From assembly GCA_964495425.1 (NCBI GenBank), contig CAZBVG010000004.1, positions 1-61,632 of the forward strand: 61,632 bases of DNA, written 5' to 3'. The notes beneath the pieces are model-generated. The model saw only the letters and a list, made by a program, of their open reading frames with translations. It did no database searches and was not told the DNA's origin. This document shows, one piece after another, positions 45,281 to 53,231 of this stretch; within the stretch, counting starts at the first letter, position 1; each line of letters starts with the position of its first letter. The translations under genes were made by a program, and so were the position numbers. This DNA is from an uncultured Candidatus Saccharibacteria bacterium. GTDB lineage: Bacteria; Patescibacteriota; Minisyncoccia; Phycocordibacterales; UBA6065.

Positions 45281-45366
45281 GTTCCCGTACAAGTTACACT
45301 AAAGTTGAAAAAACTTCAAAGGAATCCACATGTTCTCTGTGGAATAAGAGGTGTATACTATAGGAC

Positions 45367-45825
45367 ATGAATGGACTTTCTTGGGTAACTCACGAGTACG
45401 TACACAAGCCGAAAACTTCGGAATGGTATTGGACCGTGGGTATTATTACAGCGGCACTGGTTGTCACCTGTATCATTTTTAGCAATTTCCTCTTTGCAAT
45501 CGTGCTCACAATCTCAGTTTTTGCCCTCACTCTCTTTTCAGTGCGAAAACCAAACAATGTAAATATTGCGCTTGGAGAAAAAGGTGTACGTGTCGATACA
45601 ATTCTCTATCCATACAGCACCCTAGATTCCTTTGGCATTGATGAAGAACACCATGATGGTCCCCTTCTCTTCCTCAAATCCAAAAAAGCCTTCATGCCCC
45701 TTGTCTCAATTCACATAAAAGAACACACGCCATCTGAGGTACGTGAATTCATGAAAAAACACCTCAAAGAAGAACATTTTGAGCAAAGCTTCTTCCACTC
45801 ACTCATCGAGGCACTTGGATTCTAA
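45367..45825 (+). CDS. Hypothetical membrane protein (152 aa)
   Basis: Two TM helices near the N-terminus. A terminator AAAAACCACTC-gttaa-GAGTGGTTTTT follows. Confidence 0.6.
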   Translation: MNGLSWVTHEYVHKPKTSEWYWTVGIITAALVVTCIIFSNFLFAIVLTISVFALTLFSVRKPNNVNIALGEKGVRVDTILYPYSTLDSFGIDEEHHDGPLLFLKSKKAFMPLVSIHIKEHTPSEVREFMKKHLKEEHFEQSFFHSLIEALGF

Positions 45826-45863
45826 TCAAAAACCACTCGTTAAGAGTGGTTTTTGATTTCTTG

Positions 45864-45935
45864 TCCCCCCGTGAGGAATCGAACCTCAATCTTGAGTTCC
45901 GCAAACTCATGTCCTATCCATTGAACGACGGGGGG
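45864..45935 (-). tRNA. tRNA-Arg (anticodon GCG), CCA not encoded
   Basis: The rc is CCCCCCG-TC-GTTC-AATGGATA-GGAC-A-TGAGT-TTGCGGA-ACTCA-AGAT-TGAGG-TTCGATT-CCTCA-CGGGGGG-A. A20, C35 and G36 fit Arg identity. Confidence 0.85.
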
Positions 45936-46009
45936 ATAACCGATGTTCCTCTAACTTACAGGAAAAAGCTTCAAAATACAAAAAATCCGGCGAGTGCCGG
46001 ATTTTTTAT

Positions 46010-46276
46010 TTATACCTTTGCCTTCTTAATCATCGCTGAGAGTCGTGACTTCTTTCGTCCTGCCGTGTTTGGCTTGATGAAACCTGTCTTTGCCGCCTTA
46101 TCGATCTCTGAGTAAGCGCCCGGGAGGAGTTTCATTGCCTCATCCTTTTTTCCATCTGCTACAAGCTTCTTGATTTCTTTTGTAGCAAGAGAAACAGCGT
46201 CTCGGTGTCTAATATTGAAAACTCGCTTCCTTTTTGAAGCTCGAAGTGCCTTTTTTGCTGAAGATGTGATTGCCAT
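46010..46276 (-). CDS. rpsT: 30S ribosomal protein S20
   Basis: MAITSSAKKALRASKRKRVFNIRHR... I prefer the start at 46276. Confidence 0.93.
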   Translation of the reverse strand: MAITSSAKKALRASKRKRVFNIRHRDAVSLATKEIKKLVADGKKDEAMKLLPGAYSEIDKAAKTGFIKPNTAGRKKSRLSAMIKKAKV

Positions 46277-46371
46277 ATATGTGGGCGTTACTTTAACAGC
46301 GCCCGCCCAAAAAAGCAAGCCCTAGCAGGTTCATTTGGTGAAATACTCTAATCAATTGCTATACTAGAGGC

Positions 46372-46941
46372 ATGATTACCCACCTTACAGGAACGGTTAT
46401 AGACAAGGAAGAACGATCGGTGGTCTTGGATGTCCATGGTGTTGGTTACAAGGTTTTTGTTACTGGATCAACCATGGAAACACTCAAAGATGGTAAAGAG
46501 ATTTCTCTGTGGACCCATCTTGCGGTACGTGAAGATTCACAAACACTCTACGGCTTCCCTTCAAAAAACGAGCTCTACTTTTTTGAGCTTCTCATTTCAT
46601 CAGTTTCAGGTGTTGGACCAAAAACAGCGCTGGGTATTTTAAATGTTTCGTCCGCAGAAAATATTCGTAGAGCGGTTTCGTCGGGAGATACGTCTCATCT
46701 CACCAAAGTCTCTGGTATTGGTAAAAAAATGGCAGACAAGATAGTCTTGGAACTCAAAGGCAAGTTTGAGGCGGAAACATCATCAGGCATTTCACTTCGT
46801 GATGAAGTTGATGCACTTGAAGCTCTCAAGGCTCTCGGATTCAAACACAACGAAGCACGAGAAGCTCTTAAAGATGTTGACCCAACGATTACAGACACCG
46901 GCGCTCGCGTTAAAAAAGCCTTGAAAATATTAGGAAAATAG
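46372..46941 (+). CDS. ruvA: Holliday junction DNA helicase subunit RuvA
   Basis: MITHLTGTV...GVGYKVFV OB domain and HhH motifs (VSGVGPKTALGIL; VSGIGKKMADKIV). Confidence 0.95.
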   Translation: MITHLTGTVIDKEERSVVLDVHGVGYKVFVTGSTMETLKDGKEISLWTHLAVREDSQTLYGFPSKNELYFFELLISSVSGVGPKTALGILNVSSAENIRRAVSSGDTSHLTKVSGIGKKMADKIVLELKGKFEAETSSGISLRDEVDALEALKALGFKHNEAREALKDVDPTITDTGARVKKALKILGK

Positions 46942-46942
46942 C

Positions 46943-48208
46943 ATGCTCGACTCAATTCTTTATCACATACGAAAACTCATCCCCGTCTGGCTTTTTACAC
47001 GTCTACAGCCTCTCTATCACATCAGTCTCGCCTTTCTTGGTGCAGTTATTTACCGATTCCCTTCTCGCAAAATAAAGGTTGTGGCTGTAACTGGAACTAA
47101 GGGAAAGACCTCTGTAACAGAAATAACGAATGCGATTTTTGAAAAAGCAGGATTTAAAACCGCACTCTCAAATACCATCAGGTTCAAAATCGGTAGCGAA
47201 TCAAAAGACAATCTATACAAGATGTCGATGCCGGGCAGATTTTTTATACAAAAATTCTTACGAGATGCAGTAAATGCGAAGTGTGAATATGTATTTATGG
47301 AAGTTACTTCGCAGGGTGCGCAATTGAATCGACACCGATTTATAGATTTTGATGCCCTTATTTTCACTAATATTGCACCAGAACATATTGAAGCACATGG
47401 CTCATTTGAAAATTACGTAAACGCAAAACTCTCTATTGCCGAGGCGGTCGCACGATCGCATAAATCAAAAACAATACTCATAGCAAATTCAGATGACCGA
47501 CTAAGCGATCTCTTCCTCAAAAAAGATTTTGCTGAAAAAAGACTCTACTCCCTCGAAGACGCCCGACCATACAATATATTCAAAGAGGGTTTTGCTATGA
47601 CTGTAAAAGGTACCCTCATTCGATCTCCACTCTCTGGTGAATTCAATATCTACAATGAACTTGCAGCCGTAACATATGCGGACAGCGAAGGTGTAAAAAT
47701 CGAAGTAGCGCGTGACGCTATTGAAAAATTGGCTCTCATTCGAGGCCGTGTAGAAAAAATTGACGAGGGTCAGGATTTTGCTGTCATCGTCGACTACGCT
47801 CACACCCCAGACTCACTTCAGAAGCTATATGACGTATTTAAGGGCACTCGCCGCATCTGTGTATTGGGCAACACGGGTGGCGGTCGTGACACGTGGAAGC
47901 GCGACGAAATGGCAAAAATTGCCGAAAACGAATGTGATGAAATCATTCTTACAAATGAAGATCCGTATGATGACGATCCTCAGGAAATCGTAAATGACAT
48001 GTCCCTTGTGATCACAAAGAAACCAAAACATGTAATTATGGATCGCCGCGAAGCCATCGCAAAAGCACTCTCACTCGCCCAAACCGGTGATTCTGTCCTC
48101 ATTACCGGAAAAGGAACTGACCCGTACATCATGGGCCCAAACAACACTAAAATCTTATGGAGTGACGCCGAGGTCACCCGCGAAGAATTGAGGAAGTTGG
48201 CACGATAA
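46943..48208 (+). CDS. Mur ligase family protein (MurE-like, no canonical N-terminal domain)
   Basis: VTGTKGKTS P-loop, middle and C-terminal Mur ligase domains (DYAHTPDS). Confidence 0.8.
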   Translation: MLDSILYHIRKLIPVWLFTRLQPLYHISLAFLGAVIYRFPSRKIKVVAVTGTKGKTSVTEITNAIFEKAGFKTALSNTIRFKIGSESKDNLYKMSMPGRFFIQKFLRDAVNAKCEYVFMEVTSQGAQLNRHRFIDFDALIFTNIAPEHIEAHGSFENYVNAKLSIAEAVARSHKSKTILIANSDDRLSDLFLKKDFAEKRLYSLEDARPYNIFKEGFAMTVKGTLIRSPLSGEFNIYNELAAVTYADSEGVKIEVARDAIEKLALIRGRVEKIDEGQDFAVIVDYAHTPDSLQKLYDVFKGTRRICVLGNTGGGRDTWKRDEMAKIAENECDEIILTNEDPYDDDPQEIVNDMSLVITKKPKHVIMDRREAIAKALSLAQTGDSVLITGKGTDPYIMGPNNTKILWSDAEVTREELRKLAR

Positions 48209-48230
48209 AACACAGCGCAAGCGCTGTGTT

Positions 48231-49430
48231 TTATTTATATAATTCGTGTAATTTTGCTCGAGTCTTTTCCCCCACCACTCCATCCTCTCCTTCAATCCCA
48301 TATTTCTCTTGAAACGCGACCAGGGCTTTTCTGGTACATCCCCCAAAAAGTCCAGAAATCGGGCAATCATTAAGTGTTTTTCCCTCAATTGGATACACCC
48401 CCATATTCCGAAGCGCAATCTGAAGTGCGTACACATCAGGATTTTGTGTAAAAGTTTCTGCAATTGCTTGTTTCCATTCGTGCGGCAGAGTTGCTGTTTT
48501 TATAACATCTTCATCGTTTATGCCGAAAAAATAATCCTTAAGACCTTGATATGTTTGGAATGCATACTCATTGATCGCGATTCCTCGTATTGCCTTATCA
48601 GTAATCTGAGTCTCATATACATACGCGTATTCAATCAGAATCGATGGGGTCTTTGCGGTGTTATACCTACCAAGCGCCACAAGTTGCTGGTCTTCAACCA
48701 CACCACCCTTTTCACGTTTCGCATTACTCTGCGGAAATACTTGTGAAAACCTATTATGAACCGCGGTAGCAATTTCTTTTGAAAGTGATGCATTGTCATA
48801 CTGGCTTTCTGGCACATAAATTGCATAGCCCGTAAACTCACCCAGCTTATTTCTTCCTCGCGAACCATAATCATTCACGTGCACATGCACGGCCACATCA
48901 AAGCCTTGCTCGCCCACCCACTTATTTACCCCATACAATCGTGTCGCGACATCTCCACTTACATGTTCATGCACAATCGGATCATCAACGAGATCAATAT
49001 CACCGTCTTGAACTCGCTCGCGCATTATTGATGCCTGCTCGTCTCGCCATGCCTTGATATCGGCAAGGTGCTCATCAAAATATGTCTGAAGTTCTGAATT
49101 CCACGTGCGTGTGTCTCGACCAAGTACGACTTCAAATTTTCCATCGGCCTCAAGATATTCTTTCAGCTTTGAGGCAATCTCAACATTTACGTTACGCTCG
49201 ATGGTATTTTTAAATTCAGAACCACCAAAATTCGGCTCGTGCCCCGGCATTATAAAAACTCGAACTTTTTCTGTTCTCTGTACCGGCTTTTCAATGACCG
49301 AAGTTACAACTGCTGCCGCCTGTGTTACATGCTGCTGTAAGTTAGGCACTGGAAAATCATTCGAGAGCGCATAGAGCGATCCACCGATTACAAGAATTGC
49401 CGCAAAAAAACCTGAATATGTTCGAAGCAT
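48231..49430 (-). CDS. N-acetylmuramoyl-L-alanine amidase with a C-terminal peptidoglycan-binding domain
   Basis: Amidase_3-like blocks (IMPGHEPNFGGSEF, VHVHVNDY, ILIEYAYV). The C-terminal PG_binding_1-like segment reads ALQIALRNMGVY...ALVAFQEKYGI. Confidence 0.85.
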   Translation of the reverse strand: MLRTYSGFFAAILVIGGSLYALSNDFPVPNLQQHVTQAAAVVTSVIEKPVQRTEKVRVFIMPGHEPNFGGSEFKNTIERNVNVEIASKLKEYLEADGKFEVVLGRDTRTWNSELQTYFDEHLADIKAWRDEQASIMRERVQDGDIDLVDDPIVHEHVSGDVATRLYGVNKWVGEQGFDVAVHVHVNDYGSRGRNKLGEFTGYAIYVPESQYDNASLSKEIATAVHNRFSQVFPQSNAKREKGGVVEDQQLVALGRYNTAKTPSILIEYAYVYETQITDKAIRGIAINEYAFQTYQGLKDYFFGINDEDVIKTATLPHEWKQAIAETFTQNPDVYALQIALRNMGVYPIEGKTLNDCPISGLFGGCTRKALVAFQEKYGIEGEDGVVGEKTRAKLHELYK

Positions 49431-49492
49431 TACTGAAATTATACCTGAAGTTTGATCTTTACCGCATCTAACCCCTGCGCTAAGGTTAGGTC

Positions 49493-50419
49493 ATGCCAGA
49501 ACTCCCCGAAGTACAGACGACAGTACATGGAATCAATGAATATGCCACGGGACTTACTATTACCGATGTGTGGACGAGCTACAACAGCCCTTTTCATACG
49601 GGCAAGGACAATATAAGTAATCCCAATTTTTTCAAAACATTTAAAAAAATCATTGTGGGGTCACGTATTTTAAATGCGACCCGTAGAGCAAAGAACGTTC
49701 TCATCCACCTTTCAAACAAGCACACCATTCTTATCCATATGAAAATGACAGGTCATGTGCTCTATGGAACATATACACAAAGTGCTGATCGAAAAGGATG
49801 GACTGCCGTCGGTGCTGGCCCGCTCAGAGACGATCCATTTAATCGCCATATTCGACTCGTGTTTTCACTCTCAAACGGAAAACATCTAGCACTCTCGGAT
49901 CTTCGAAAGTTTGCAAAAGTGACATGTATTAAAGATACAGAGATGCATAATTCTAAGCATATTTCTACAACTGGCCCCGAACCTCTTGATACATCTTTTA
50001 CACTTCAGAACTTCAAAGAACGCCTTCTTGCCCGCCCACAAGGCCCAATAAAAACAGTTCTTATGAATCATGAGATCATTGCGGGTATTGGAAATATTTA
50101 CTCAGATGAAATCTTATGGAGAGCAGGAGTACATCCATTAGAAAAGATCCGTAATATACCCCAGGCGAAGTTCCCTTTACTGTTTAGAGCCATGAAACAA
50201 ACACTGAGCCACGGTATCAATTTTGGCGGTGATTCAATGTCTGATTATCGAAATATTTTGGGCGTACGTGGTGCATTTCAAAATCGTCACAACGCATATC
50301 GAAAAACCGGCAAACCCTGCACAAAACGAGGTTGCACGGGTATAATCACCCGTCTAAAAATCGGTGGTCGAAGCGCCCACTTTTGCGACGCCCACCAAAA
50401 ACTCTTACAGAGAAACTAA
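49493..50419 (+). CDS. mutM: Formamidopyrimidine-DNA glycosylase
   Basis: MPELPEV N-terminus, an H2TH region and a C-terminal zinc-finger-like segment. Confidence 0.92.
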   Translation: MPELPEVQTTVHGINEYATGLTITDVWTSYNSPFHTGKDNISNPNFFKTFKKIIVGSRILNATRRAKNVLIHLSNKHTILIHMKMTGHVLYGTYTQSADRKGWTAVGAGPLRDDPFNRHIRLVFSLSNGKHLALSDLRKFAKVTCIKDTEMHNSKHISTTGPEPLDTSFTLQNFKERLLARPQGPIKTVLMNHEIIAGIGNIYSDEILWRAGVHPLEKIRNIPQAKFPLLFRAMKQTLSHGINFGGDSMSDYRNILGVRGAFQNRHNAYRKTGKPCTKRGCTGIITRLKIGGRSAHFCDAHQKLLQRN

Positions 50420-50464
50420 TGGCACCGCTTCACGTTTAAGGTTTCCTGTTCTATCATTGCTTCT

Positions 50465-51436
50465 ATGGATATTCTCAAAGGTTTACACAAAGAATTTGGC
50501 TGGTTTATTTGGGGCCTCGTTGGTCTAGCATTTATTTGGTTTTTCACCGGCGGTCCACAACGACAAGTTTCGCACGAAGGACCTTTTCTCAAGCCGCCCT
50601 CTCCGCTAAATACAGGTGAGGGTTACGGTGGCTATTACGCTGGTAAACCAACAAATGAAAAAGAAACTCTTGATCTTCCGGAATCACCTGAGACCGTTAT
50701 CAAAAATACCGAAGAGGTTATTAAAAATTTCTTTGATCAATCAGAAGAAGCAAAGAAAATTCACGCTACCTCAATTCTCGCGCAAACAATTACCTTTGAT
50801 GGAAATGCGGGAACAAAAACCACTAAAGCAAATGAAGAATACATTCGTATCGTCGCCAGCCCGCAGCTTAAGGGCAGCATAAATATTTCCGGACTTCTGC
50901 TTAAAGGATACGCCTATAACACTAACGCGTTTATACCGAAGGCGGCAGAACTCCCTCTCACCGGTGTGACGGTGACAAAAAACGATATTTCACTTCCCGC
51001 TTCTGGTCGTGCTCTTATTTCAACAGGACGCTCTCCGATCGGCACATCGTTTCGTGTAAATATGTGCACCGGGTATCTTGATCAGTTTCAATCATATACA
51101 CCTGCCCTTCTCAAAGACTGTCCAAATCCTATTGATGAACTCAAACAGTTTGGGCCAGAAAACGAATCGTCGTGTGTAGACTTTGTAGAAAAACTTCCTC
51201 GTTGCCGAGTATATAGCGGCTCATTCCCTTCTAATGTTTCTGCAAAATGTAAGGCGTTTGTTACCGACAAACTTAACTACAATGCCTGCGCCCTCAATCA
51301 TAAAAATGATGCGAAGTTTTACACGAATGAGTGGAGAGTTTTCCTCGATAAAACAAGTGAGCTTTGGAAAGACAAAAACGAGATCATCCGCCTTATTGAT
51401 GCAAAAGGTAAAACGATAGACGCTATCACCTACTAA
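50465..51436 (+). CDS. Membrane-anchored LTD-like protein with a C-terminal six-cysteine domain (paralog of 10348-11301)
   Basis: It has the same architecture and the same C-terminal pattern: CTGYL...TPALLKDCPNP...C.DF...LPRC...CKAF...NYNAC...H..DA.F...WRVFL...LIDAKGKTIDAITY. Confidence 0.75.
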   Translation: MDILKGLHKEFGWFIWGLVGLAFIWFFTGGPQRQVSHEGPFLKPPSPLNTGEGYGGYYAGKPTNEKETLDLPESPETVIKNTEEVIKNFFDQSEEAKKIHATSILAQTITFDGNAGTKTTKANEEYIRIVASPQLKGSINISGLLLKGYAYNTNAFIPKAAELPLTGVTVTKNDISLPASGRALISTGRSPIGTSFRVNMCTGYLDQFQSYTPALLKDCPNPIDELKQFGPENESSCVDFVEKLPRCRVYSGSFPSNVSAKCKAFVTDKLNYNACALNHKNDAKFYTNEWRVFLDKTSELWKDKNEIIRLIDAKGKTIDAITY

Positions 51437-51900
51437 TCGAACCAGCGGAATAATACGATTCCGGCTGAAACCGACACATTAAGAGACTCTTTCTTTCCTT
51501 TCATTGGAATCTCTGCAATTACATCTGCTTTTGAAAGCAATTGTTTTGATACTCCTTCTACTTCATTTCCAAAAACAACAAGAGCTTTATCGGAAATTTT
51601 TGCTTCTTTGTAATCAACGGATTTTTTGCCCTGCTCAACACACACAATCTGCACACCCTCTTTTTTAAGCTTGTTTACAAGAGCTGTCGGGGTTTTTGCG
51701 TATTCCCATGCAACAGAATTTTCTGCCCCGAGTGAACATTTTGCAAAGTCTTTACGGGGGTTATTGAAACGATCGAGAGGTGTTGGAGTATAGCCCGTTA
51801 TATAGATTTTTGTCACACCCACAGCGTCTGCTGTACGAAAAAGAGCGCCTACATTATAGACAGAGCGAATATCATGAAGGAGGAGGTATATATGCCTCAT
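51433..51900 (-). CDS. SpoU/TrmH family RNA 2'-O-methyltransferase
   Basis: IRSVYNVGALFRTADAVGV plus a C-terminal SLNVSVSAGI knot motif. Confidence 0.88.
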   Translation of the reverse strand: MRHIYLLLHDIRSVYNVGALFRTADAVGVTKIYITGYTPTPLDRFNNPRKDFAKCSLGAENSVAWEYAKTPTALVNKLKKEGVQIVCVEQGKKSVDYKEAKISDKALVVFGNEVEGVSKQLLSKADVIAEIPMKGKKESLNVSVSAGIVLFRWFD

Positions 51901-51908
51901 AAAGCGTG

Positions 51909-51981
51909 TCCGCCCACCAGGAATCGAACCTGGGACCCTCTCCTTAAAAGGGAGCTGCTCTACCGACTGAGCTATGGGCGG
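51909..51981 (-). tRNA. tRNA-Lys (anticodon UUU), CCA not encoded
   Basis: The rc is CCGCCCA-TA-GCTC-AGTCGGTA-GAGC-A-GCTCC-CTTTTAA-GGAGA-GGGTC-CCAGG-TTCGATT-CCTGG-TGGGCGG-A. Confidence 0.88.
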
Positions 51982-52129
51982 AATAAAAGCGATAATAACA
52001 CAAAAACGGCAAAGCTCAATTTTATCCTTTGACTTCTAACACCCTCAGAGCTACTCTTTGAAAGCCGCATCCCTTGTGGCACCTCTTTGCGAAGGATCCT
52101 CGCAAAAGCTCTTCAACATATCGAGAATC

Positions 52130-52483
52130 ATGCCGAGACTACTTTGTTACGAAACTGGTTTCATCATCCAGGCAACGGGGGCGGTATTTGCCATCTCCTG
52201 CCCTGCGACCAACGGAATCTTTCCTATCAATCAAGATCTCATCGACAGGGTTCCGCCGAATACGCGACGACAAGGTATCGGAATGACCTGCAATCCCGAC
52301 GAACGAGGAATCGACATCTACCGCGCATCAGCAACTCAGCAAGATGACGGCACGTATGATCCCACCTCATTCGTGTGTGGAAAGTTTTTCTTTTCCCTCG
52401 CCGAACAGGATGCTCGGAAGTATTTTCCAAAGTCCTTCGAGAAACTCCCGAAACCCGCTGTTAAAAAACAGCGTAGTGCTTAA
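52130..52483 (+). CDS. Orphan hypothetical protein (117 aa from ATG 52130)
   Basis: The ORF lies beside tRNA-Lys and is followed by the bidirectional terminator CCCCCGC-aatat-GCGGGGG. One line counted 52% GC. Confidence 0.45.
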   Translation: MPRLLCYETGFIIQATGAVFAISCPATNGIFPINQDLIDRVPPNTRRQGIGMTCNPDERGIDIYRASATQQDDGTYDPTSFVCGKFFFSLAEQDARKYFPKSFEKLPKPAVKKQRSA

Positions 52484-52511
52484 CACAACCCCCGCAATAT
52501 GCGGGGGCTTT

Positions 52512-53228
52512 TTATATATCGAGTGCAAATTTTTCGAGCTCAATCTCAAAATCAACTTCGCCTCGATGCGCTCGATGATACATAGAAACGAGCTGCGAAA
52601 GCATTTTGTTTATCTCCCCTTCTTTAAAGTTAGACGTGTATCGTTTGGCTTTTCCGAACACAAAAGGATTGAGCCCTGCTTGAGTAGCAGAATCTGTTTT
52701 CTCGGCAAGAGCAAGAGATTTTGCCTGCCAAAAAAGTATTCCATGAATCTCTTCTGCAGCTGCATCGCTATCAAGTGCCTCTCGTACGCCCACCCACAAA
52801 CCTTTCTTGTCTCGTGAACCCAGTGCGTCCGCAAGATGGAAAAATCCACCCGCTTCTTTTTTCTTTCCCTCTGCTGCTTCGTATTCAGTTATCTTCTCCG
52901 CCCTTTTCTCAAGCTTCTTTAAAACTTCTTTGGTGAGTTTGCCTTCAAAAAATATGAAAATATTTGGCGATTCTTGTATCGCGTCTATCTTTTCTAGCAT
53001 CACTTCACGGATCTCTTTATTTTCAAGAGTTCGATCCATAAACAGAATCTGCTTGTTTTCAAAAAGGCCCTGCGTTTGCGTAAGTTCATCAAGTTTCTCA
53101 CGTGTAATATCATCCACAGTAATCACACCCGCTGCAGCGTCAGGTTTTTTACTCTTTAAAGCTTCGAAAAGAGCGTGAGATTTCTCACGAGCTTTATCTA
53201 TATCCGTTCCGTGAATAACGTACAGCAT
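52512..53228 (-). CDS. holA: DNA polymerase III delta subunit-like protein (short HolA-like)
   Basis: The N-terminus MLYVIHGTDIDKAREK...GLFENKQILFM resembles the delta clamp-loader subunit. It lies immediately downstream of polA. The assignment is tentative. Confidence 0.45.
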   Translation of the reverse strand: MLYVIHGTDIDKAREKSHALFEALKSKKPDAAAGVITVDDITREKLDELTQTQGLFENKQILFMDRTLENKEIREVMLEKIDAIQESPNIFIFFEGKLTKEVLKKLEKRAEKITEYEAAEGKKKEAGGFFHLADALGSRDKKGLWVGVREALDSDAAAEEIHGILFWQAKSLALAEKTDSATQAGLNPFVFGKAKRYTSNFKEGEINKMLSQLVSMYHRAHRGEVDFEIELEKFALDI

Positions 53229-53231
53229 GTG

